In this document: positions 32,533 through 39,863 of the stretch, piece by piece
How positions within the stretch are numbered: position 1 is the stretch's first letter
Layout: each line of letters begins with the position of its first letter
NCBI GenBank assembly: GCA_903892645.1
Contig: CAITJF010000152.1
Coordinates: 2,205 to 66,204 of the forward strand
DNA from: an uncultured Nitrosomonadales bacterium
Lineage (GTDB): Bacteria > Pseudomonadota > Gammaproteobacteria > Burkholderiales > Gallionellaceae
Length of the DNA: 64,000 bases
Reading direction: 5' to 3'
The notes under the pieces: model-generated
What the model saw: the letters and a program-made list of their open reading frames with translations, nothing else
Told to the model about the DNA's origin: nothing
Database searches by the model: none
Made by a program: the position numbers and the translations under genes

Positions 32533-32880
32533 TTACTGTTTGCCAGGGGCTTTGTAATCCGGATTTAAGTAGCAAAAACCCACTTTTTTCTCGGCGGTCT
32601 TGTTGCATGTCTCGTAGTCATAGTATTTGCATTCAATGCCCCACGTCACTATGCAATAAGGTGCTATCTCCGGCGCTGGAGATACTCCGGTCGTGTCGGC
32701 CACGCAATTTGTCTGGCTTCCTGCTGTGCGCTTGCACTCATCGTAAGAAGCATACTTGCACTCATCCATACGAACTTTCCCTTCCGGTGTTGTTGCGCAG
32801 AATGCACCAGCAAACGCATATTGCGGGAGTCCGATGGCAACGCACAACAACAGGCCGACAAGATTTTTTTTAGCTCTCAC
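32533..32880 (-). CDS. Secreted cysteine-rich protein, tandem DUF3551-like modules
   Basis: Signal peptide, then two 4-Cys modules. The second reads PYCIVTWGIECKYYDYETCNKTAEKKVGFCYLNPDY, which resembles the PWC...C...C...C..NP.Y pattern recalled for DUF3551. Confidence 0.55.
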   Translation of the reverse strand: MRAKKNLVGLLLCVAIGLPQYAFAGAFCATTPEGKVRMDECKYASYDECKRTAGSQTNCVADTTGVSPAPEIAPYCIVTWGIECKYYDYETCNKTAEKKVGFCYLNPDYKAPGKQ

Positions 32881-33120
32881 AGTGATCTCCTTTAGTATTA
32901 CCAGGCAACCGAAGCCAAGGGATATATCCCGAGCGGCTCATTCCATCCGGTTGCAGTCAACAGCAACAGTTCTGCGCAAATTTCGAATGAATGCAACGCC
33001 AATAGTTCCATTCAAACTTGAGCAAACACAGCTTCGGGAAATGGCAAATCCGATATGGAATTTATGAGCGACGGAACTGGCTAAATTCATGCTATTTCAA
33101 GAATAGCCATTTTACACAAA

Positions 33121-33729
33121 TCAGTTGAGCAATAGCTTAATATCATGCACAAGGGCATCCGCTCCTTGTCCATAAGCCGCGTGCAGGCGCAATCTCCCCG
33201 ACGGGTCGTAAATATAGGTTCCGACCGAGTGATCCAACGTATAGTTGGCGGGGCTCTTACCCGGTTCCTTGCTATAAAACAGGTGGTATTCCTTGGCGGT
33301 CTCGGCAATTTGTGCCGGCGTACCGTAGAGGCCCATGAATTTTGGATTAAACGAGGGAACGAATTGAGCCAGAAGTGCCTGAGTATCGCGCTCGGGGTCC
33401 AGGGTTATGAACAGAACCTGCACCTTGTCCGCGTCGGGACCGAGGCGTTTCATTACGAGAGCAAGCTCCGATAATGTATTCGGGCAGGCTTCAGGGCAAT
33501 GCGTGTACCCGAAAAACAATACAACAACTTTACCCTTAAAGTCAGATAAGGTGCGTGGTTTTCCCTGATGATCGGTCAACCGGAAATCTTTTCCGGAGTC
33601 GATCCCGGTAACATTGGTAGACTTGAACGGTTGTGCCGCTTGCGGCTGATTGCAGCCGCACAGGGATGCTATGGCCAGGCTCACAAGTAAAGATTTCAGG
33701 AACGGTTTAAAAAAAGCTGCTCTTGTCAT
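33121..33729 (-). CDS. SCO1/SenC-family copper chaperone / thiol-disulfide protein
   Basis: 202 aa. Lipoprotein-like signal (LAIASLCGC), the CPEAC (CxxxC) motif and a downstream His (LDHSVGTY). Confidence 0.85.
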   Translation of the reverse strand: MTRAAFFKPFLKSLLVSLAIASLCGCNQPQAAQPFKSTNVTGIDSGKDFRLTDHQGKPRTLSDFKGKVVVLFFGYTHCPEACPNTLSELALVMKRLGPDADKVQVLFITLDPERDTQALLAQFVPSFNPKFMGLYGTPAQIAETAKEYHLFYSKEPGKSPANYTLDHSVGTYIYDPSGRLRLHAAYGQGADALVHDIKLLLN

Positions 33730-33929
33730 GACGTTGTCGCGTTCGTCCTCACGATTTTTACAGGTTTAAATTCCATACATTGCCAGCAACATCGCCGCAA
33801 ACATATCCGCCAGATGACTGTTCGAATTGTCCCATACGCTGGCGCGCTACTATAATGACGGTGCATTATAAACCGCAAGGCGGGTTGGACGGGCTTTGTC
33901 CGTGATTAAAATTTATCGGCCATGAATTC

Positions 33930-34316
33930 ATGAATTTGTTATGGGTAAAAAACATTCACATTACTTGTGTGGCGTTGAGCTACACGTTGTTTTTCTTGCG
34001 CGGGGTGTGGCTGATTCAAGGCTCGCCCCGGCTGCGCCAGCGCTGGGTGAAAATTGTCCCGCATGTGATGGATACGCTGCTGTTGGCAAGCGCCATTACG
34101 CTTGCGATCGGCATCCGGCAATATCCCGGCGTGAATGCCTGGCTTACCGCCAAAGTGGTCGGCCTGCTGTTCTACATCGGGTTTGGCATGATGGCGTTTC
34201 GTTTTGGCAAAACCATGCGCGCAAGAATCTCGGCATGGGTAGCAGCGCAACTGGTATTTTTTTATATCGTGGCGGTCGCACTCACACATAATCCACTGCC
34301 TTTTTCCGTGCTATAA
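33930..34316 (+). CDS. SirB2-family inner-membrane protein
   Basis: 128 aa, four hydrophobic helices, N-terminus NIHITCVALSYTLFFLRG typical of the SirB2 family. The call is from recall. Confidence 0.6.
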   Translation: MNLLWVKNIHITCVALSYTLFFLRGVWLIQGSPRLRQRWVKIVPHVMDTLLLASAITLAIGIRQYPGVNAWLTAKVVGLLFYIGFGMMAFRFGKTMRARISAWVAAQLVFFYIVAVALTHNPLPFSVL

Positions 34317-34357
34317 GTATCTTGATTGGCGCGAATACATCAGTTGTTCTGGCAGGT

Positions 34358-34867
34358 CTATTTTTCCCAGCATGCCTTGGCAAGTTGCGGCAGGTAAGCG
34401 GATAATCCGGCAACGGCGAACTCGGTTTGTACGGGAGCGCTACCGAAGGGAGAGAATTCGAATATAAGTTTTCGAGACTGGGCAAGCCGCTTGATTAACG
34501 TAGCTGCATCGCGTGCGGAAATCGTTGCATTGGTCACTTCGCGCCAGCTCTGGGGGAAGGGTTTGTTGTCATCAAGCTGGAGGTTTACGAGTTGCTTATC
34601 AACCACGGTAACCTCCAGTGCCATCCCGGTTTCAACGTAAACAGATGCTTTTCCTTTTACACATTGAATGGTCAGGACGGGAAAGGAAGTTTTCATCCAG
34701 CCCTCTACCGCCTTTTCTGCCTTAAGCGATAAAGTCAGAGATTCTTCAGCTGTCGAAGGTGTGGGTGAGACCTGCCACTTAGACGATTGCGGTGCGGCTT
34801 CAGCGGCAATCGGGATGGCACAAACGAATAGCAGCAAGAAAGTGCGAACGTATGGGGTAAGCCACAT
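34358..34867 (-). CDS. Hypothetical periplasmic protein
   Basis: The likely start is MWLTPYVRTFLLLFVCAIPIAAEA at 34867 (signal peptide); the track ORF starts at 34927. The C-terminal pattern F.V.GL...L..L..AC is reminiscent of VasI-like proteins, but this is unverified. Confidence 0.5.
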   Translation of the reverse strand: MWLTPYVRTFLLLFVCAIPIAAEAAPQSSKWQVSPTPSTAEESLTLSLKAEKAVEGWMKTSFPVLTIQCVKGKASVYVETGMALEVTVVDKQLVNLQLDDNKPFPQSWREVTNATISARDAATLIKRLAQSRKLIFEFSPFGSAPVQTEFAVAGLSAYLPQLAKACWEK

Positions 34868-35102
34868 AACATCTTTTTTGCAAAACATTTTTTGGCTACA
34901 GTGCTCTTTGTTAAAAAGGGGGGGCATCAGGTTATTCCTCAGTTTTTCGGGATGAGCCAGTGTACCGCAAGAAATATATAATGGTCACGGCGCATATCTG
35001 GTTGTTACGATTTGGTAGCGGTTCGGCGTCTTTAAAAGCTTAAAGCTAAAGGCTGCCATCTCTATGAAAGTTCCTCTCAAGAGCGCTCCATTTTCATGAA
35101 AC

Positions 35103-35116
35103 TTGATATACATCAA
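35103..35116 (+). promoter_or_regulatory. Perfect FNR box TTGAT-ATAC-ATCAA (class II-type position)
   Basis: TTGATATACATCAA. A -10-like GAAAAT sits at 35139-35144, 22 nt after the box. This is the only strong signal upstream of the heme-copper cluster. Confidence 0.7.
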
Positions 35117-35206
35117 AGAAACTTGGTGCTTGGGCAACGAAAATTGCCATCGCTAAAAGCGGTACCCGAATTTCATTCAATTACCATTCACCCGGAGAAC
35201 TAACCG

Positions 35207-35347
35207 ATGGAAGCAACAAAGCAAGGCGGGATTGAAACAACCGGTGGGCAAGGAACGCGGATGTCCAGCTGGCGCATGAGTTTCATAGGTGTGATGTGCT
35301 TAGTGGTTTTTTACGTAGTTTGGGGTATCGTCAAAATGATTTTGTAG
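35207..35347 (+). CDS. 46-aa single-TM micro-protein (below ORF-track cutoff)
   Basis: GGAGA lies 7 nt upstream of the ATG. Peptide: MEATKQGGIETTGGQGTRMSSWRMSFIGVMCLVVFYVVWGIVKMIL. Confidence 0.4.
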   Translation: MEATKQGGIETTGGQGTRMSSWRMSFIGVMCLVVFYVVWGIVKMIL

Positions 35348-35407
35348 TTAGATTTTTGGAACTTTTTTTTGGAACTATTTTTTAGTTATCGTGCCAGGGA
35401 GGCCATT

Positions 35408-35557
35408 ATGTCAAATGAAGAGAGTTTTAGACCCACCGTCTTGCAACGCATCCTCGACGACATCAATTTTATGATGTGTTTGGGGTTGGTTATACCGACG
35501 GTGTTTTACACATTGTGGGGAGTCATGGAAGTTGCCACCATCCCATTGGGCAAATAA
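35408..35557 (+). CDS. 49-aa single-TM micro-protein (possible small oxidase subunit)
   Basis: GGGAGG lies 6 nt upstream of ATG 35408. Peptide: MSNEESFRPTVLQRILDDINFMMCLGLVIPTVFYTLWGVMEVATIPLGK. The track lists a TTG-extended form from 35369. Confidence 0.45.
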   Translation: MSNEESFRPTVLQRILDDINFMMCLGLVIPTVFYTLWGVMEVATIPLGK

Positions 35558-35609
35558 CCGCATTCACGCTGGATTTATTTTAATTTTTTCTTTTTAAGAG
35601 GGGGCTTCA

Positions 35610-36155
35610 ATGGGTTATTCATTCACAGCACCAGCAAAGAATTGGGCGACCGAACCGATCGAGCGTACCGAAATCTTATGGATCGTTATCGCAGGTTCGT
35701 GGTGTCTTTTCATGTTTTGCTGGATGATTGCCTGGCACTGGATTGGCAATCAAAACATGGCCAACGAAGCGTATAAAACTACGCCGGAAGCTTACGCTAA
35801 AAAAGTCGAGGAATTCACCGCGAAATATACCGTGCGCCAAGACAAGAGCGATCCCAGTTTGCCGGTGGTGGCTCCGCCTCCCGGCAGTGACGTTTATCTG
35901 GCGGCAAGCCGTTGGCAATGGCGTCCGATAGTGGAGTTCCAGAAGGGTAAATCCTACCGTGTGCATATTTCGTCACTGGATTGGGATCATGGCTTTTCCC
36001 TGCAGCCGGAGAATATCAATTTCACGGCTTATCCCGGATACGATGCAGTTGTGACCATGACACCCAACAAGACTGGCACATTTGGCATTGTGTGTAATGA
36101 ATATTGCGGCATCGGTCACCACACCATGCTCGGCAGAATTTACGTAAAGGAGTAG
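35610..36155 (+). CDS. Heme-copper oxidoreductase subunit II, ba3-like, CuA centre intact
   Basis: 181 aa, one N-terminal TM helix and a cupredoxin domain. CuA ligands: H127 (DHGF) and C162-x3-C166-x3-H170-x2-M173 in CNEYCGIGHHTMLGRIYVKE. Confidence 0.85.
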   Translation: MGYSFTAPAKNWATEPIERTEILWIVIAGSWCLFMFCWMIAWHWIGNQNMANEAYKTTPEAYAKKVEEFTAKYTVRQDKSDPSLPVVAPPPGSDVYLAASRWQWRPIVEFQKGKSYRVHISSLDWDHGFSLQPENINFTAYPGYDAVVTMTPNKTGTFGIVCNEYCGIGHHTMLGRIYVKE

Positions 36156-36158
36156 GAA

Positions 36159-37856
36159 ATGGCTATAACTACCGCACAATCACCCTTTCGCACGGACCCG
36201 CTGACCGGTCTGCGCATTGACCTGACCGCCCAAGCACTGGTGAAGGTCAATGCAGTACTCGCCGTCGTGTTCCTGCTGGTCGGCGGAACTGCCGGCTTGC
36301 TGGTCGCCTTGACGCGCTGGCCGGCGGTGCACTTGCTGCCCGCTGACCTGTTCTATATGGCGCTCACCGCACACGGCATTGTAGCGCTCATGGTGTGGAT
36401 CATCTTTTTCGAAATAGCGGTGCTGTATTTCGTAGCCTCGACCTTGCTTAGCTGCCGGTTGGCGGCGCCAAAACTGGCTTGGACGCAGGTTGTGCTGATG
36501 GTTGTTGGCGCAGCCATGACTTTTGTCGCAATCCTGCAAGGCGATTCCAGCGTCATGATGACGTCTTATGTGCCGATGAATGCCGCCCCGCATTTCTACC
36601 TGGGCTTGATCCTGTTTGCGGTGGGTGCGCTAATTGGTTGCGGCGTATTCTGGGGTACATTAGTGATCGCTGCGGAAGAAAAGACCTACGAAGGCACGTT
36701 GCCGCTGACGGTGTATGGTTGCGTAATCGCCACGATTATCGCGGTTTTCACCATCGCTTCTGGTGCCATCATCCTGATCCCGACGTTCCTGTGGTCGCTG
36801 GGCCTGATCAAGAGCATAGACCCGATGATGTATCGCGTAATCTGGTGGGCGTTCGGCCACTCGTCGCAGCAAATCAACGTGACCGCCCATATTACGATTT
36901 GGTACACGGTTGCCGGTCTGGCGTTCGGCGCCAAGCCGATGTCGGAAAAAGTGAGCCGTACCGCTTTCCTGTTGTATATCTGCTTCCTGCAATTTGGTTC
37001 GGTGCACCACTTGTTGTCCGATCCGGGATTGAGCTCGGCGTGGAAAATCTTCAACACCAGCTACATGATGTATCTGGCGGTGTTGGCCAGCTTGATTCAC
37101 GGTCTGACCGTGCCTGGTTCGATCGAAGTGGCGCAGCGCAGGAGCGGGTTGAACAATGGCCTGTTCGAGTGGCTGCGTAAATGTCCCTGGGGCAATCCGG
37201 TATTCTCCTCCACGATCCTGTCGATCATCATTTTCGGCTTTATCGGCGGCGTTACCGGGGTGGTGATGAGTGTGGAGCAAGTTAATATGATCATCCACAA
37301 CACCATCTATGTGCCGGGGCATTTCCACGGTACGGTGGCGGGCGGTACTACGCTGGCTTTCATGGGACTGACCTACTATCTGATCCCGGTGCTGTTTCAG
37401 CGCCAAGTCATCATGAAGCCGTTGGCAGCCTTGCAGCCTTGGTTGTTTGGCATCGGGACATCGATATTCGCGATTGCCATAATGGGTGCGGGAACCTTGG
37501 GTGTGCCACGCCGTCATTGGGATGTCACTTTTGCTGGGCAGGCGCTGGGTTTTGAATGGCCCGGTATGGCGCAAATGATGTTAGCCATCGGCGAAATAGG
37601 CGGTGTCATAGCGGTGTTGGGTGGCGCATTGTTCTGCGTGATCGTGGTGGGTTCCATCCTGATCGGCGAGCCGGTTCCAGCAAATGCCAAGAATATCGTG
37701 GCGCCTCCCGCCGATGCGGGCGGTCACAAGGAAATCGGTATGGGTGGCTTCGAAGCCCCAGGTACCTTTATCTTGGCCATGGTGCTGTTTGTAACCCTCG
37801 TGCTCTACTACTTCGTCAACTTCAAGTATCTGGCCACTCTGTGGACATTGACCTGA
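36159..37856 (+). CDS. Heme-copper oxidoreductase subunit I, B-family-like but lacking the cross-link tyrosine (candidate NO reductase)
   Basis: 565 aa. Ligand set H72, H234, H283/H284 and H388/H390. The residue four positions after the first CuB His is Gln (GHSSQQ, codon 36870-36872) rather than the Tyr of GHPxVY. Confidence 0.85.
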   Translation: MAITTAQSPFRTDPLTGLRIDLTAQALVKVNAVLAVVFLLVGGTAGLLVALTRWPAVHLLPADLFYMALTAHGIVALMVWIIFFEIAVLYFVASTLLSCRLAAPKLAWTQVVLMVVGAAMTFVAILQGDSSVMMTSYVPMNAAPHFYLGLILFAVGALIGCGVFWGTLVIAAEEKTYEGTLPLTVYGCVIATIIAVFTIASGAIILIPTFLWSLGLIKSIDPMMYRVIWWAFGHSSQQINVTAHITIWYTVAGLAFGAKPMSEKVSRTAFLLYICFLQFGSVHHLLSDPGLSSAWKIFNTSYMMYLAVLASLIHGLTVPGSIEVAQRRSGLNNGLFEWLRKCPWGNPVFSSTILSIIIFGFIGGVTGVVMSVEQVNMIIHNTIYVPGHFHGTVAGGTTLAFMGLTYYLIPVLFQRQVIMKPLAALQPWLFGIGTSIFAIAIMGAGTLGVPRRHWDVTFAGQALGFEWPGMAQMMLAIGEIGGVIAVLGGALFCVIVVGSILIGEPVPANAKNIVAPPADAGGHKEIGMGGFEAPGTFILAMVLFVTLVLYYFVNFKYLATLWTLT

Positions 37857-37881
37857 TGGGCGCAAGTTGACCTAAGGCGTG

Positions 37882-37918
37882 CCAAAACGGTGGGAGGTTT
37901 TTTCTCCTGCCGTTTTGG
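37882..37918 (+). other. Stem-loop between subunit I and the heme O synthase gene
   Basis: Perfect 9-bp stem CCAAAACGG (37882-37890) / CCGTTTTGG (37910-37918), extended by a partial inner GGGAG/CTCC pairing. No trailing U-run follows. Confidence 0.4.
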
Positions 37919-37971
37919 AGTTAAAGGCACAAGGTGTGGATATTTCACGCCCAACCACTTGGGGTTTGTAT

Positions 37972-38829
37972 ATGGGAACAGCTATTAAACAAGTTACCGA
38001 TTTGTTCAAGTTAAGGATCGGTATCGTCATCAGCTTCACTGCATTGGCTGGTGTGGCGGTAACGCCGGGTTCGCTGGCTGGCTGGAAAATTGTATTGTTG
38101 GGGCTTGCGGTGTTGATTTCTTCAGCCAGCGCGGGTGCATTCAATCAATACGTTGAGCGGGATATTGACGTGCGCATGGCGCGCACCTGTAAGCGTCCCT
38201 TTGTCACCGGCACGCTTCAGCATGGCCCGTTCTGGCTGTGCGTGATTCTTGTCATGCTGGCAGGTTCGGTGTCGGCGGCAGTAGTGGCGCTCAATTCCGT
38301 CTCGGCCCTGTTTGTATTTTTGGGGGCGTTTTTCTATGCTGTGGTTTACACAGTTTGGTTGAAACGTCGTACCTGGATGAACATCGTGATCGGCGGATTG
38401 GCCGGTAGTTTCGCGGTGCTGGCAGGAGCCGCTGCGGTAAACCCGCAGCTAAGCTCGCAAGCGTTGATTCTGGCAGGAATATTGTTTTTGTGGACACCAC
38501 CGCATTTCTGGAGCTTGGCAATCGCCTATCACAAGGATTACGATGCCGCAAAAGTCCCCATGTTGCCGGTGGTGGTGGGTGACGAACGCGCTGCACGCAT
38601 TATTTTTGGCAGCACTGTGCTGCTGGTGGCGACTTCGTTGATGCCGGTTTTCTACGGCATGGGCTGGATTTATTTCATTGGTGCGGCGAGCGGCGGTGCG
38701 TATTTTCTGCTGAAAAGCGTGCAGTTGATGCGTATGCCAAATCGTGCAACAGCGATGTCATGCTTCCATGCTTCACTCATGCAATTGAGTCTATTGCTGA
38801 CCGCAGCGATGATAGACGCGTCTTTGTAG
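37972..38829 (+). CDS. ctaB: Protoheme IX farnesyltransferase (heme O synthase)
   Basis: The likely start is MGTAIKQVTDLFKLRIGIVISFTALAG at 37972 (track ORF from 37879). UbiA-family motif NQYVERDIDVRMARTCKRPFVTG. Confidence 0.88.
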   Translation: MGTAIKQVTDLFKLRIGIVISFTALAGVAVTPGSLAGWKIVLLGLAVLISSASAGAFNQYVERDIDVRMARTCKRPFVTGTLQHGPFWLCVILVMLAGSVSAAVVALNSVSALFVFLGAFFYAVVYTVWLKRRTWMNIVIGGLAGSFAVLAGAAAVNPQLSSQALILAGILFLWTPPHFWSLAIAYHKDYDAAKVPMLPVVVGDERAARIIFGSTVLLVATSLMPVFYGMGWIYFIGAASGGAYFLLKSVQLMRMPNRATAMSCFHASLMQLSLLLTAAMIDASL

Positions 38830-38837
38830 TTTTGCCG

Positions 38838-39686
38838 ATGCGTCTATGGCTGTTGCTGGGCCTGTTGGGGATGGCGGGAGCGGCGTTTGCCTCAGGGGGA
38901 AACGTTCAACCCGCAGCACCCGTTAAATTCGATCAAAAATCTGCATTGCAATTCAGTCAAAGTGTAGTCGGCCAGCAGATGGCCGACTATGCCTTGCTTG
39001 ACCGCAACGGTCAGGCAGTCAGGCTTTCCAGTTATCGCGGCAAGCCGGTGCTGGTGAGCTTTATTTATACCGGTTGTTCGGTAACCTGCCCCGCCACCAC
39101 ACAATATCTTGCCAAAGCGGTCAAATACATGCAGAACGCTCTTGGTGCTGACAGCTTCCAGGTGTTGACTGTCGGCTTCAATGCCCCTTGGGATTCGCCA
39201 CAGGCGATGCGCGATTTTGCTTCACGGCAAAATATCAAGTTGCCACACTGGGAGTTTCTGAGTGCAGATGCGGCAACCATGCAGAATTTCACGCGAGACC
39301 TCGGATTCAGCTACGCCTATTCGGTCACTGGTTTCGATCATATTTCCCAGCTCACCTTGCTTGACCAGGAAGGCAAGGTTTATCGCCAAATATACGGTGA
39401 TAATTTCGAGTTGCCTCAGATGGGTGAGCCGTTAAAAAAACTGGTGGGCAATGTGCAAACCCAGTATCCCGGTTGGGAGGGTTTGAGCAACCGCATTCGC
39501 TTGTTCTGTACCGTTTATGATCCCAGCACGGGATCCTATACCACCGATTATTCGTTTTTCTTCGGCATATTTATCAGCTTGGTGATGACTTATTACTTCG
39601 TCAAATGGATTGTCCGTGAATGGCGCCGCGCCCCACGCCGCAACCCTCCCAAAGCCAATGAGGCAGTTGAAATAAAACCATCCTAG
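38838..39686 (+). CDS. SCO1/SenC-family protein with C-terminal membrane helix
   Basis: The likely start is MRLWLLLGLLGMAGAAFA at 38838. It has the thioredoxin-like CSVTC (CxxxC) motif, a conserved His (FDHISQ) and the C-terminal TM FFFGIFISLVMTYYFV. Confidence 0.8.
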   Translation: MRLWLLLGLLGMAGAAFASGGNVQPAAPVKFDQKSALQFSQSVVGQQMADYALLDRNGQAVRLSSYRGKPVLVSFIYTGCSVTCPATTQYLAKAVKYMQNALGADSFQVLTVGFNAPWDSPQAMRDFASRQNIKLPHWEFLSADAATMQNFTRDLGFSYAYSVTGFDHISQLTLLDQEGKVYRQIYGDNFELPQMGEPLKKLVGNVQTQYPGWEGLSNRIRLFCTVYDPSTGSYTTDYSFFFGIFISLVMTYYFVKWIVREWRRAPRRNPPKANEAVEIKPS

Positions 39687-39785
39687 CCATGCCTGCGCTC
39701 AGTGCTGAGTTCAGTAGTTGTGTAATCACGATCATTTTGAGCGATGCCATGGTTTATGCCTGTGAAGTAGGCGGTAAAACAAAAA

Positions 39786-39814
39786 TTGCAACCAGGAAAA
39801 TCAGCTGTCATAAT
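39786..39814 (+). promoter_or_regulatory. Candidate sigma70 promoter for the second half of the cluster
   Basis: TTGCAA (39786-39791), a 17-nt spacer, then CATAAT (39809-39814), in the 177-bp AT-rich spacer after the SCO gene. Confidence 0.45.
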
Positions 39815-39863
39815 GCTAAAAGGTATATTATTAATACATCTTTTATAATATGATTAATATGGG

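Noticed and set aside
34358-34867. Calling the periplasmic protein a type VI secretion VasI-family component
   Set aside because: Only a vague C-terminal pattern resemblance from memory supports it, and no T6SS genes are in the window. It is left as hypothetical.
35610-37856. Annotating the heme-copper pair simply as a ba3-type cytochrome c oxidase
   Set aside because: Overall similarity is ba3-like, but the cross-link Tyr position is Gln (GHSSQQ) and the promoter carries a perfect FNR box. Calling it an O2 reductase would therefore be unsafe without experiment.
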